From: a virus
Length of the DNA stretch: 64,000 bases
Direction: 5' to 3' (one strand)
IMG/VR virus record: IMGVR_UViG_3300032322_002033
Location: 30,075 to 94,074 of that record
In this document: positions 1 to 10,048 of the stretch, in pieces
Layout: every line of letters starts with the position of its first letter
Position numbering within the stretch: the stretch's first letter is position 1
The notes under the pieces: generated by a model
The model's database searches: none
What the model was told of the DNA's origin: nothing
What the model saw: only the letters and a program-made list of their open reading frames with translations
Position numbers and translations under genes: made by a program

Positions 1-187
1 AGTCTTCAATATTTCCTTCAAGTTTTTGACAGATGATAACATCCTCAAAGTCGTCAACTAAATTATGAGAATTTTTACCGACAAGAACAAATTTAACGTC
101 TGGTAATGTGTTGAATTTACCAATTTTTTTAAATTCAATTATTATGTCTTGAGTGTGAGCAAATATAAAAGTGCTTATTGTTTTCAT
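1..187 (-). CDS. Partial CDS running off the left edge; probable glycosyltransferase-like protein (MKTISTFIFAHTQDII...)
   Basis: ATG at 187 overlaps the TGA of the 184..909 gene (ATGA coupling); frame open to position 1; not in ORF track; function inferred from operon context only. Confidence 0.6.
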   Translation of the reverse strand, partial: MKTISTFIFAHTQDIIIEFKKIGKFNTLPDVKFVLVGKNSHNLVDDFEDVIICQKLEGNIED

Positions 188-909
188 ATAACTTTTATTT
201 TATTTTTTCTTAAATGTTCAGTATAAGTTATGGCATTTTTATCAGTATAGTGAGAACCAAAACCATTATTTTTATTAAAATTAGATAGTCTCTTACTTGA
301 CATCCTATATCTTTCTAAAACATATTTGAAATCTATAAATTTATAATGTAATAGTTTTAACTCGGCAGTTTCATTTGATTGACAATTATTACACACTGAC
401 TGATGAGCACCAATTCTATAATCAATATCTACCTCAGGGTTTATTAATATTTGTTTTGACATCGGTTCATATACTTCGGAACCAAATTTTATTTTTTCTG
501 TAATTAATTCCCCATCATATATTGGAAAATTTTCACTAAACATGTCATGTCCATCTATTTTAGGTGAAGTTATGCCTAAATTTTTATATTCCTCAAGTTT
601 AGATAATAAATTTTCGTGATATAAAAATTCATCGCAGTCACAAATTATGACCCAGTCAACTCCTTGACCTCTACTTCTTTTTTTGTATTCTTCAGATTTA
701 ATTTTTGTGTAATTTAATTCATGTATTTCATTACCACTATCCCATTTAATAACTTCCACTTTTGGATATTTTTTATAAATTTTATCTGAAGAGTCTGTTG
801 ACATATTATCATAAATAAAAATTTTTTCACAAATATTACTATAATAGTCTAATGTAAATGGAAGAATTTTTTCTTCATTCCATGATAGTATGTGGGCATG
901 TATTTTCAT
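184..909 (-). CDS. GT-A fold glycosyltransferase (GT2-like)
   Basis: N-terminal WNEE..LP, YDNMSTD and a DxD motif (ICDCDEF). Confidence 0.8.
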   Translation of the reverse strand: MKIHAHILSWNEEKILPFTLDYYSNICEKIFIYDNMSTDSSDKIYKKYPKVEVIKWDSGNEIHELNYTKIKSEEYKKRSRGQGVDWVIICDCDEFLYHENLLSKLEEYKNLGITSPKIDGHDMFSENFPIYDGELITEKIKFGSEVYEPMSKQILINPEVDIDYRIGAHQSVCNNCQSNETAELKLLHYKFIDFKYVLERYRMSSKRLSNFNKNNGFGSHYTDKNAITYTEHLRKNKIKVI

Positions 910-1592
910 AATGGTATTGATGAATAAACTTGTTGACTAAATGTTAAATTATGTTTAAAAAATAATTCGTGAAGTTCTTGTATTGGTTCTTTAGTAAATC
1001 TTCCATTGTAATTACCACCTATTGGCTTAGTATGTTCAACAGTAATAATATCAACTATCGCAATTTTATCAATAGGGTGACCTAATATTTTAGGCCATAA
1101 ATAATCCATACCCCATCCTGACTCATTGAGTGTAAAATAATTAACTAATTTAAAAACCGTTTTTTTACTCATCGATGGACATATTATCTCAACAAAATTT
1201 GTAAATCTAAGTTTTGACCCAAAAACTTTCTTTTCAATTTCATATGAGACATAACCACTTAAACTTGGTTGTGATAACCACAAAGAATGTTCTTTAATTA
1301 TATCAAAATACAAATTTATATCTTCAGTATTAGTTAACAAATCATCATCCGGAAACCAAAAATATTCGTAATTTGAAATATTGTTAAAATTATTTGTTAT
1401 ATAGTCAGATATTAAATGCCATTTATGTCCTTTTTTTCTTACACAATGTTCAGATTGATTGGAATACTCATTAAATTTTTCTTCAGAATCTCCATAATAT
1501 ATTATGACTAAATCAAAATTAGTATCACCACTAACCCAATGATGATGTAAAGAATAATCACCTGACGGGACTATAATTAAATTATTTTTCAT
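906..1592 (-). CDS. DUF707-like putative glycosyltransferase
   Basis: YFWFPDDDL, LSQPSL, TNFVEI and GWGMD motifs characteristic of DUF707 proteins. Confidence 0.7.
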   Translation of the reverse strand: MKNNLIIVPSGDYSLHHHWVSGDTNFDLVIIYYGDSEEKFNEYSNQSEHCVRKKGHKWHLISDYITNNFNNISNYEYFWFPDDDLLTNTEDINLYFDIIKEHSLWLSQPSLSGYVSYEIEKKVFGSKLRFTNFVEIICPSMSKKTVFKLVNYFTLNESGWGMDYLWPKILGHPIDKIAIVDIITVEHTKPIGGNYNGRFTKEPIQELHELFFKHNLTFSQQVYSSIPL

Positions 1593-2685
1593 TTGTTATT
1601 TTTTCTATAAAGTTTATTGCCGATTCAACAACCTGGTGCATATCGTAATATTTATACTCCGCTAAACGACCACCAAAATATATGTTATTTTCTTCCTTGG
1701 ATAAATTTAAATATTTTTGATATTTTTCATTATTTTCCGAATCGTTTACTGGATAATATGGCTCAATATCATCAGGAACATAATTAACAGGATATTCCCA
1801 TGTACACCAACTTACTTCACTATTATTATCCTGAAAATGTTTATGTTCAATTATCCTAGTAAATTCAATTGATTCATCCGTATAATTAACAACACTAGTG
1901 CCTTGGTAGTTATCTTTATCTATTTTTTTATGTTCAAACCTAACTGACTTATACTCTAAATGACCAAATTTATAATCATAAAATTTGTCTATGGGGCCTG
2001 TGTAAATTAATTTTTTTGACATTGACATAAGTTCATTTTTATTTAAGAAAAAATCAGTATTTAATTTAACGTCAATGCCTGATAATAACTTTTCAAAAAT
2101 TTTAGTGTACCCTTCTTTTGGAATGCCTTGGTAAGTATCATTAAAATAGTTGTTATCATATTTAAATCTAACAGGTAACCTTTTAATTATTTCTTTTGGC
2201 AGTAATTTTGGTTCTTTTTTCCATTGTTTAGTTGTGTATCCTTTAATTAATTTTTCATAGACATCCTTCCCGACTAATTTAATCGCTTGTTCCTCCAAGT
2301 TGTTAGGTTCTATTATTTCATTACCTTGCTCCAATATTATTTTTTTAGCATCTTCAGGTTTATTAATACCCCATAGTTTATTAAACGTGAACATATTAAA
2401 AGGTAATGAATATATTTCTCCTTTATAGTTAGCCAAAACATGGTGTCGGTAATTATTAAATTCGGAAAATTTATTCATATAATCCCAAATTTTTTTATTT
2501 GATGTGTGGAAAATATGTGCTCCATATTTGTGAATATCTATATTATCTTGATTTTCAGTATAACAATTACCCCCAATATGACTACGTTTATCAAGAACTA
2601 AACACTTATATCCCATATCAGTTAATTCTCTTGCACATATAGAACCAAAAAAACCTGAACCTACTATTAAAAAATCGTACATCAT
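1582..2685 (-). CDS. glf: UDP-galactopyranose mutase
   Basis: FAD-binding GSGFFG, HIGGNCY, HKYGAHIFHT, RIIEHKHF, EPYYP and GRLAEYKYYDMHQ motifs. Confidence 0.96.
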   Translation of the reverse strand: MMYDFLIVGSGFFGSICARELTDMGYKCLVLDKRSHIGGNCYTENQDNIDIHKYGAHIFHTSNKKIWDYMNKFSEFNNYRHHVLANYKGEIYSLPFNMFTFNKLWGINKPEDAKKIILEQGNEIIEPNNLEEQAIKLVGKDVYEKLIKGYTTKQWKKEPKLLPKEIIKRLPVRFKYDNNYFNDTYQGIPKEGYTKIFEKLLSGIDVKLNTDFFLNKNELMSMSKKLIYTGPIDKFYDYKFGHLEYKSVRFEHKKIDKDNYQGTSVVNYTDESIEFTRIIEHKHFQDNNSEVSWCTWEYPVNYVPDDIEPYYPVNDSENNEKYQKYLNLSKEENNIYFGGRLAEYKYYDMHQVVESAINFIEKITNEK

Positions 2686-3467
2686 AGATTAAATAAATTT
2701 TTCCATAAATTTAATACTTCATTATTACTAAGTAAAGAAACCTCATTTTCAGTTTCTTCATTACCGTAAAATTCAGTATTAGTTAAATAACATTCATCTT
2801 TAACTAAACAGGCAACTTCTCCTTTTGAAGAATGGTATACCTTTCCAATCATATCATACATCTCTTGTTTGTTTGTGGTATATCCATGATGAATAACTTT
2901 ATTTGATATAAAGGGTTTAACGTATCTTTCATAGTACTGTTGGTCACCTATTTGACCAAATAAATATATTTTTTCACATTTATCTTTTAGAGCTCTCTGT
3001 ATTGAAACATGAGTTTGTTTCCTATCCTCAATAGTTCCAATAATACCAACAATATTTGAAACTAAAGATTTGTCAGATTTAGATAAATTTTCTTTTATAT
3101 TAGGGATTATTGTAAATTCACCAATATAATCTGAATGATATTTTCTATGTTCATCATGTAAAAAAACACAAACATCCCAATATTGTTTTACCTTACCAAC
3201 AGGGAACCACCATTTTTCATGACAAGATAAAATGACTTTTTTAACTGGTGGTCTTTCAGATAATTGTAAAAAATGTGTAATTATAATATCATCGGAATTA
3301 TATTTTAAATCATTTTTAATAGTACCTGATTTACATTTATCTAAGTGGTACGGTTGGTCACCATAAAACACACAATCAATACCATTTTCATTAAAAAAAT
3401 TGGTAAGATTAATAAAAAAAGTTGTAGACCCACCTTTGTCAGTATACCCTGAAACTATTTTAATCAT
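2682..3467 (-). CDS. GT-B fold glycosyltransferase (GT4-like)
   Basis: N-terminal GG motif, IGTIEDRK, C-terminal SSKGEVACLVKDE resembling the GT4 E-x7-E region. Confidence 0.65.
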   Translation of the reverse strand: MIKIVSGYTDKGGSTTFFINLTNFFNENGIDCVFYGDQPYHLDKCKSGTIKNDLKYNSDDIIITHFLQLSERPPVKKVILSCHEKWWFPVGKVKQYWDVCVFLHDEHRKYHSDYIGEFTIIPNIKENLSKSDKSLVSNIVGIIGTIEDRKQTHVSIQRALKDKCEKIYLFGQIGDQQYYERYVKPFISNKVIHHGYTTNKQEMYDMIGKVYHSSKGEVACLVKDECYLTNTEFYGNEETENEVSLLSNNEVLNLWKNLFNL

Positions 3468-4930
3468 TTTATAATTTTAAATTTTGAATTTAATTCACTA
3501 TTTTGATTAACAAAATACATTATTTTTTGAAATTCTTGATTAACAATTTGGTCAGAAAAATAATCAGTTTCTTTTTGAATAATGCTATTAGTATCCACAA
3601 AACTTTTTAAAGACTTTAAATTAGTTTTCATACAAAAATTTAAAGAAAATAAGTCACTCTCAAAATCGATATCAAACCAATCATTTTTATTTAAAACAGA
3701 ATATGTTGTTGCAAATAAAGGTGAGATATTACCAAAATATACAGGTTGATACCCATTAAGAACATTATAATTAGTTAATCTTCCTTTAAAAAATACATTT
3801 AATTTTTGTTCTTGATTTTTTAAAATTTCTAATCCATTTGAAAAAATGGTGTAATCATTATTTAATACTGATGGAAAAATTATTGACAATAGATTTTTTT
3901 CTTTTTGGTGTACTTTATACATACTACCAAAAATATTACTCAATAATATTGTAGAATCATTTGAAAAGAAAATTAAATCATCTTTAATTGAATTAATAAA
4001 ATCATCGTCCCATTTTAAAACAGATAAATTTTTGTTAATGGAGTTAAAAAAACCCTCAAAAACTTTTATATTTTCAGATGTAATTCCTTTTAAATCCTCA
4101 TAATTATTTTCATTAGAAATTAAAATAAAATTAACATCCTCAAAAACACCAATAGACTTAGTATTATTAATAAATTTTTCAGTTAAGTTTAAATCAGATG
4201 TTGTTTGTAGTACTAAGTTGTAACGTTTTTTTGGTTTATCGTAGTTTATTTGATTATAATTAATATTTGGAATTAAATTAATTGGTAAAGAATCTTTAAA
4301 CTTCTCGGTAAACTCTAATCTATTTTCTTCCCATTTATCATTTGTTTGACCAATCGATTTATGAGTTAGTCTAACATCATGTGTAACCCCAATTTTAACG
4401 CCTGATAAATGATTCTCAACTGAAAAATAAACATCATAGAAGTGAAATCCTTTAACGGATTCATTAAATTTATGGTTAATTTTATTTTTATTTAGTGATA
4501 TAAAAACCCCATCAATCAAACAAACTTCTTGTAAAGAATTAATTAAACTACTGGAGTATTTTGATTCCCATTTTCTACCTTCGTGTTCATGATTAACAAT
4601 TCCCGACATTTTAGACATGTCTTCCCACCATCTTCCACTTACAGGAATGTTGGTTGTTCCGGCCACTCCGATAATTCCAAAATCATTATTTTGAAAATTC
4701 TTTAAAAGTTTTTTACCCCAATTGTTAGTATCAAAATAAATGTCATCGTGACATAAAACTATGATATCATAGTTTGACTCATCAATTATTTCATTATAAA
4801 CCTGTGATAAACTCTTATCACCGTTATTAACCTTTTCAATTACTTGAATTTTGTGTATACCTGAAGACTTTTTTAAATATTCGTAAAATTCAGGTTTAGT
4901 TTCTCTTGTGCTATATCCTATTGTAATCAT
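3464..4930 (-). CDS. Two-domain glycosyltransferase (N-terminal GT2-like domain, divergent second GT-A-like domain)
   Basis: YNEII, LCHDDI, GIIGVAG, IDGVF, FHFYD in the N-terminal half; C-terminal half GT-like without a clear DxD. Confidence 0.7.
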   Translation of the reverse strand: MITIGYSTRETKPEFYEYLKKSSGIHKIQVIEKVNNGDKSLSQVYNEIIDESNYDIIVLCHDDIYFDTNNWGKKLLKNFQNNDFGIIGVAGTTNIPVSGRWWEDMSKMSGIVNHEHEGRKWESKYSSSLINSLQEVCLIDGVFISLNKNKINHKFNESVKGFHFYDVYFSVENHLSGVKIGVTHDVRLTHKSIGQTNDKWEENRLEFTEKFKDSLPINLIPNINYNQINYDKPKKRYNLVLQTTSDLNLTEKFINNTKSIGVFEDVNFILISNENNYEDLKGITSENIKVFEGFFNSINKNLSVLKWDDDFINSIKDDLIFFSNDSTILLSNIFGSMYKVHQKEKNLLSIIFPSVLNNDYTIFSNGLEILKNQEQKLNVFFKGRLTNYNVLNGYQPVYFGNISPLFATTYSVLNKNDWFDIDFESDLFSLNFCMKTNLKSLKSFVDTNSIIQKETDYFSDQIVNQEFQKIMYFVNQNSELNSKFKIIK

Positions 4931-5511
4931 ATTCCTGTACTCCCAAAACCATTTTCATTTCTATCTTTTTCATCAAATGAATCGACCTTCACAAAATTAA
5001 TGTTTCTACCCTGTACACATCTTGTCAATACTGCTTGGGCAACTTTCATTCCTTTATTAATTGTAATTGATTCAGGATTTGTGTTAAAAATAATAACTTT
5101 AATTTCACCAGTATACCCCTCATCGATGGTACCTGGACTATTTAAAACCATAATACCTTGATTTAATGCTAATCCACTTTTAGTTCTAACCTGAACCTCA
5201 AATCCAAAAGGTATATTAATTTTGACTCCTGTTGGAACAAGAGCTCTACCAAATGAACCTATCTCAATTGTGTCGTTTGAATATAAATCAAATCCACTAT
5301 CTGAGTCATAGTTAAACATTAAATCTTTCTCATTTGTTGATGAATATTCTAAATCCATCTTTGGTACTTGATTCATCATTTGTTTTTCTAATTCGTTTAA
5401 ATCAATCCCTATTTCTTCAGAGATATTTTTAAAATTATCTTCTCCTAATGACTCTATTAATTTTTGTAATTCTTCTAAATCACTATAAAGTCCGTTTTTA
5501 TCTTCACTCAT
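4927..5511 (-). CDS. dut: Trimeric dUTPase with an acidic N-terminal extension of about 50 aa
   Basis: SGFDL, RTKSGLA, GTIDEGYTGEI, AQAV and RNENGFGSTG motifs I-V. Confidence 0.95.
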   Translation of the reverse strand: MSEDKNGLYSDLEELQKLIESLGEDNFKNISEEIGIDLNELEKQMMNQVPKMDLEYSSTNEKDLMFNYDSDSGFDLYSNDTIEIGSFGRALVPTGVKINIPFGFEVQVRTKSGLALNQGIMVLNSPGTIDEGYTGEIKVIIFNTNPESITINKGMKVAQAVLTRCVQGRNINFVKVDSFDEKDRNENGFGSTGI

Positions 5512-6206
5512 AATTCAATTATTTTTTTAACCACATTTATTAACACTTCAACATCTTTTTCACAATATTCTTGAATTTCACCATATTTGTTTTCGTTCCA
5601 AAATGAGTTATGAACTTTATTACCAGTCACTTCCATATTTTTAGAACTTTCAACTCCTAATGAAATACACATTAATTCTAATGAGGAAATTGCTCCAAAT
5701 TGACCATATTGCCATATTTCTTTGGTGTCAATAACTTTCATTTCCCATGGCTTAGTATCATATGTTGGTAATAAAGATGAAGGTCTAACTCCATTTATTA
5801 ACATTCTTTTTGATAAGACAGGAATGTCAAAATTTTTAACATTATGCCCACACAAAACAAATCCAAGTTTATCAACCCTATTAAACAAATTATTAACATC
5901 TGTTAATAATTGTTTTTCATCAGAATTAAAGAAAGTTTGTTTTTTAACCTCTCCTTTTGGGCCAATAAACCCAACTGACACACATATAATTTTATTGAAC
6001 TCAGGTACTAAAGCGGACCTATTAAGGAAAACTTCTTCTTTTGTTTTTTCAGAATCTTCAGGGAACCTCTTATGAAACCAATCCAAATAGTTTTCAAATT
6101 GGTAACATAATGAAGGATAATCTGATTTAAAGTTTTCGAAATTACTGGAAATACCAACAGTTTCAATATCAATAAATAAAATTTTGTGTATTGGATGTTT
6201 TATCAT
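5508..6206 (-). CDS. Stand-alone PolB-related 3'-5' exonuclease (DEDDy)
   Basis: FIDIET (ExoI), GHNVKNFDIP (ExoII), YCEKDV (ExoIII). Confidence 0.85.
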   Translation of the reverse strand: MIKHPIHKILFIDIETVGISSNFENFKSDYPSLCYQFENYLDWFHKRFPEDSEKTKEEVFLNRSALVPEFNKIICVSVGFIGPKGEVKKQTFFNSDEKQLLTDVNNLFNRVDKLGFVLCGHNVKNFDIPVLSKRMLINGVRPSSLLPTYDTKPWEMKVIDTKEIWQYGQFGAISSLELMCISLGVESSKNMEVTGNKVHNSFWNENKYGEIQEYCEKDVEVLINVVKKIIEL

Positions 6207-7417
6207 ACTAATGTTTTATAAAATTCTGCTCTTTCTTTTGTTACAACATGTAGTGAATATTTTTTCGATACATGTTCATATAAGTTTTCACCTAAATCAA
6301 TACGTAAGTTAGGATTTTGTACTAATTTTTTCACATATTTTGCCCAATCGCTGTGGTTTCTCGAATCACCAACTAGTAAAGCGTTTCCACCATTATAGTT
6401 ACCATTGGTTAATGCGTGTTTTAAGTCGATAGTATATGGACCAAAATCACTTGCAATTAACGCCTTCTTATAAAAACCTGCTTCAATAACCTTTAGTTGA
6501 GATTTAACTTTATTAAAAATGTGTTGTTTAATCGGAGCCAAAGATATATCAAATTTTGAATAATTCCGAGCATAAGATGTGACAGGTTTTGTCCACACTC
6601 TCAAATAAGGTTCTTCACTTTCGTTTTCAAAATTTGTTTGAGTGAACTGATAAAGATAATCTTTATACTGAGGAGATACTATTGAATAGTTATTTGTAAA
6701 AATTTTCTCATACTCATGCCAAACAGTTTCGTGTGGTTTAATGGGTCTTTGTTTTTTCTCACCTGTTTGTTGGTTGATTTCTGTCATCATACCTCTTGTA
6801 TCAAATCCACACAATACGTATTGTATTTGGTCTTTAATTTCAGAAAGTTTTGAAACCATCCCATCCAATAACATTAAGTCATGTAAGTGTGATGAACCTC
6901 CTAACCAACCAACTCTAACTCTATCAGATTCAATTGTCGGTTCGTTAAATTGTGGTTCATTTGGGTCAATTGCGTTTGGGAATACAACAACATTAGGATT
7001 GTGTTTTTTAATCTCATCGGCAAAAATTTCCGTAGTTGTAGTTACGTATCTTGCAACCTTTAAGTTGTTGATTATTTTTTCATGAATTTTTTCTTGTCTA
7101 ATTAAATCATGTAAAGGATGTTCTTTTGTCGGTGCCCAATAGTCATCTAAATCACAAATTGTTATAATACCCATACTATTCAACATAGGGACTATTTGTG
7201 CTGACCTATCTAAATCTTGTCCAAGACTTCTATGATAATGAATTATCTGATATTGTTTAAAGTAATTTAAATTTGATAAATCAGGATTAAATTCAATATC
7301 GACATGGAAATCATCAGGATAATTATCTTGTAAAAAAACGTGTGGATTAATTGAACGGAATCGACCAACTCCTGTTCCATCCGAAGGTACTACTAAAATT
7401 TTAATTTTTTCTTTCAT
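6203..7417 (-). CDS. GT-B fold glycosyltransferase (GT4-like)
   Basis: DLDDYW, VGWLGGSSH, FDISLAP..FNKVKSQLKVIEAG motifs. Confidence 0.8.
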   Translation of the reverse strand: MKEKIKILVVPSDGTGVGRFRSINPHVFLQDNYPDDFHVDIEFNPDLSNLNYFKQYQIIHYHRSLGQDLDRSAQIVPMLNSMGIITICDLDDYWAPTKEHPLHDLIRQEKIHEKIINNLKVARYVTTTTEIFADEIKKHNPNVVVFPNAIDPNEPQFNEPTIESDRVRVGWLGGSSHLHDLMLLDGMVSKLSEIKDQIQYVLCGFDTRGMMTEINQQTGEKKQRPIKPHETVWHEYEKIFTNNYSIVSPQYKDYLYQFTQTNFENESEEPYLRVWTKPVTSYARNYSKFDISLAPIKQHIFNKVKSQLKVIEAGFYKKALIASDFGPYTIDLKHALTNGNYNGGNALLVGDSRNHSDWAKYVKKLVQNPNLRIDLGENLYEHVSKKYSLHVVTKERAEFYKTLV

Positions 7418-7424
7418 AAGTTTA

Positions 7425-7453
7425 ATAATAAACTAAAATGAAAGAATTTTCAA
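7425..7453 (-). promoter_or_regulatory. Sigma70-type promoter for the sugar-transfer operon (TTGAAA-N17-TATTAT)
   Basis: Minus strand reads TTGAAA (7453-7448), 17 nt, TATTAT (7430-7425), just upstream of ATG 7417. Confidence 0.5.
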
Positions 7454-7466
7454 TATAAATCTTTAA

Positions 7467-8066
7467 TTACTTAGAAGTTTGTTTGATTTTTAAAATCTTA
7501 CCTTCAAATATATGTTTTCCTACTTTAATTTGAACTACCTCATTTGCCTTTTGAGATGATTCGTACAATAAACCATTCTCAGATAAAACTTCTTCTAAAA
7601 CTTCTCTTATCATTTCTTTTAATTCAGAGTTGTTTGATTTTGTCTGTGGTTGTGGTTTTTGAGTAGTTTTTTGTGTTGGCGTTTCAGATACCAATCCGTT
7701 TTTCTTCATTAATCTTGCGGCTCCTTCAATAATATCATCAGATAATGTCGCTTGATATTGTTGAGGTTTATCTATTGGGTGTTCTATCATTAATTTTTTG
7801 ATAGCATCTGGTAATTTAGAATTTTTAATTCTGTCTTCAGTTACCACAGGTGCCTGCATTGTCATTTGTTTTGGTTGTTGTGGAGACAAATATTCTTCAG
7901 GTATTGAGTATTTTGCATCAATTGGTAATGTTGAGGTGTCACTAACCGAACTAACAGATTCGGATACTGACATACTGGGGTCATATTGATTTTGGTTTCT
8001 TGGCATTTGTTTATGTCTATCCATTATTTGTTTAGATATCGCCAATTTTTGCATTAAATCATTCAT
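7467..8066 (-). CDS. Hypothetical protein (late operon)
   Basis: ORF track 7467..8087 uses a TTG start; ATG 8066 (MNDLMQK) overlapping the upstream stop is more likely. Confidence 0.65.
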   Translation of the reverse strand: MNDLMQKLAISKQIMDRHKQMPRNQNQYDPSMSVSESVSSVSDTSTLPIDAKYSIPEEYLSPQQPKQMTMQAPVVTEDRIKNSKLPDAIKKLMIEHPIDKPQQYQATLSDDIIEGAARLMKKNGLVSETPTQKTTQKPQPQTKSNNSELKEMIREVLEEVLSENGLLYESSQKANEVVQIKVGKHIFEGKILKIKQTSK

Positions 8067-8451
8067 ATTCTTCGTCAAATTTTGCACATACTTTAAGACC
8101 TACCATTCCCTTATCGTCAGGGTTATATTTTGGTCTAATTTCATTAAATTTATCTTTAGGGTCAATTGAATAGTTACCTATTCTATCTACTCTAAATAAT
8201 CTCCACCCAGGTAATGGTTGTTCACCTTTACTTGCGGTGAAAGATGCTCCCTCACGTTCCCAAGCTCTAATAACTTTATTCCCCCTCTTTGATGTACCAT
8301 AACAAAAAGGTTCAATAGTTCTTAATCCCTTCCCACCATTATCCTCACCATTATAATAAATGGTTACAGGATTACGGTTCTTGATGGACTGAATTATAGT
8401 ATCAGAACTCTTCTCAAGAATAATTTGTTTGATTAGATTGTAAAGCTTCAT
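8059..8451 (-). CDS. Stand-alone WYL-like domain protein
   Basis: TIYY..G.RTIEPFCYG..IRAW..WRLFRVDRI pattern of the WYL Sm-like fold; no HTH domain. Confidence 0.75.
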   Translation of the reverse strand: MKLYNLIKQIILEKSSDTIIQSIKNRNPVTIYYNGEDNGGKGLRTIEPFCYGTSKRGNKVIRAWEREGASFTASKGEQPLPGWRLFRVDRIGNYSIDPKDKFNEIRPKYNPDDKGMVGLKVCAKFDEEYE

Positions 8452-8741
8452 TAAGAAGTCGGAGTTGTGTACGGTTTATCAGGTTGATAAGCGTTTATTT
8501 TTATCTCGTTGTTTCTCTCAACGATATCTTCACTTGTTCCACCATTTTTTATATCTAAAAATGTACCAGTACCTCTACCAATTTCATCACCATCAGATAA
8601 TGCGTCTTTATTGGTACTTCCGTATTCATTTTTTTGAGATGCAAAATTGTTTTTTGCTAATAATTGATTTCTAATTTTATCAGCTACAGATGTCATATTG
8701 TTTTCTGGTTGTGATAAATCAACAGGTTCTTTTTCAGCCAT
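8451..8741 (-). CDS. Hypothetical protein
   Basis: Translationally coupled ORF within the operon. Confidence 0.65.
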   Translation of the reverse strand: MAEKEPVDLSQPENNMTSVADKIRNQLLAKNNFASQKNEYGSTNKDALSDGDEIGRGTGTFLDIKNGGTSEDIVERNNEIKINAYQPDKPYTTPTS

Positions 8742-8742
8742 A

Positions 8743-9135
8743 TTACAGTAATTTTTTAATTATTTCATTTATTCTTTGTAAACTTTCGACAACAGATAAA
8801 TCTTGTTGTGTATCTATTTTTTTAGTGTTATTATTGTGAGCCTTTCTAAATTGATTTTGCATCCCTCCATATTCTGATTTATGTTCATCACTTCTCTCAA
8901 CCTGACCTCTCTTCTCACCTAACAAACCATTTAAATACTCTAAAAACTTTTCACCCCCCAATTTCTCTTTCTCATTTGGGTCTGACATTCTATTAATAAT
9001 TCTTTTAGCATTTGAATAGGATATTTGTTTAGATGATAGTATATTCTTGATACTTTCTTCAGATTTGAATTGCTCCAAATGTGATAAAATATCAGAAGTT
9101 AATGTAAAGTTTTTACCGTATAATTTGCTATTCAT
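8743..9135 (-). CDS. Hypothetical protein
   Basis: Coupled ORF; C-terminal VVESLQRINEIIKKLL helix. Confidence 0.65.
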   Translation of the reverse strand: MNSKLYGKNFTLTSDILSHLEQFKSEESIKNILSSKQISYSNAKRIINRMSDPNEKEKLGGEKFLEYLNGLLGEKRGQVERSDEHKSEYGGMQNQFRKAHNNNTKKIDTQQDLSVVESLQRINEIIKKLL

Positions 9136-10001
9136 TATTTTTTCATTAATTTAATCAAATCCATTATATCAACACCTTCTTTATCCGCAATCTTTTTTAT
9201 ATTTTCAATATTTTTTGATAATATTTTTGTAATCCCCTTTTGTTTTTTTGGTGACATTTTATCTTCCTTTTTTTTCTTATTTAGGATGATATCCTCAACC
9301 ATTTTTACAACTTCATTTTTCCTATGCTCTTCAATTTTTTCTTTTTCAGTTAGTCTTCTTTTTGTGAAACAATTAAGACATTTACCATTCTTTTTTTGTT
9401 TTTCTAAAGATTTATCTAATTTTTTTGAAAATCCAAATTTAGATAGTCTATCATCTAATTCCAAATCATCTTCTACACCCATTTTTTTCATAATGTTTGC
9501 CGCCTGATTGTAGGTTTTAGCGTCCTCTACTTCTTCATAACCAAAAGCATCCGAAAAGTCAATTTCTTTAATTACAGAATCTTCATTATCCACACTTTCT
9601 CCCCAATAAACTCGATAACCACGAGTAACAGGATTATTTGTTTGTCTTGTTGCAACAACCTCTTGGTCAGTAGTTTTCTTTGGTGATAAATAAGGATTGA
9701 AAATTGGAATTTTTGAACTTAACATAGTCCCGTCATAATCAACCAACTCTTCTAATTCTTCTTTTTTATCTGAAAGATGTTTTTTTAAATCTGAAGTATT
9801 TTTTATATTTTTTTCCTTTTTAATTTTACTCAATTCTTTTTTTAAAGAGTCTTTCTGAGTTTTTTTAAATTTTAAAATTTCATCTTTTTTTCTAGCCTCA
9901 GTTAAAGTATTTGACACACTAAAATAAAGAGTAATATCGTCTTTACCTTCTTTAAGGAAAAAGTAATATGGTGAACTAAAATATTCTTTTCTAAATTCCA
10001 T
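9135..10001 (-). CDS. Hypothetical Lys/Glu-rich protein
   Basis: Start moved to ATG 10001 (MEFRKEY), just downstream of the minus-strand TATTTAT at 10022-10016; contains CxxC. Confidence 0.65.
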   Translation of the reverse strand: MEFRKEYFSSPYYFFLKEGKDDITLYFSVSNTLTEARKKDEILKFKKTQKDSLKKELSKIKKEKNIKNTSDLKKHLSDKKEELEELVDYDGTMLSSKIPIFNPYLSPKKTTDQEVVATRQTNNPVTRGYRVYWGESVDNEDSVIKEIDFSDAFGYEEVEDAKTYNQAANIMKKMGVEDDLELDDRLSKFGFSKKLDKSLEKQKKNGKCLNCFTKRRLTEKEKIEEHRKNEVVKMVEDIILNKKKKEDKMSPKKQKGITKILSKNIENIKKIADKEGVDIMDLIKLMKK

Positions 10002-10014
10002 TAGTCTTTTTACA

Positions 10015-10041
10015 TATAAATACATCGGATTAACTATTTAT
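10015..10041. promoter_or_regulatory. Back-to-back divergent TATTTAT late-promoter-like elements
   Basis: TATTTAT on + at 10035-10041 before ATG 10049 and on - at 10022-10016 before ATG 10001. Confidence 0.6.
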
Positions 10042-10048
10042 CTACAAA

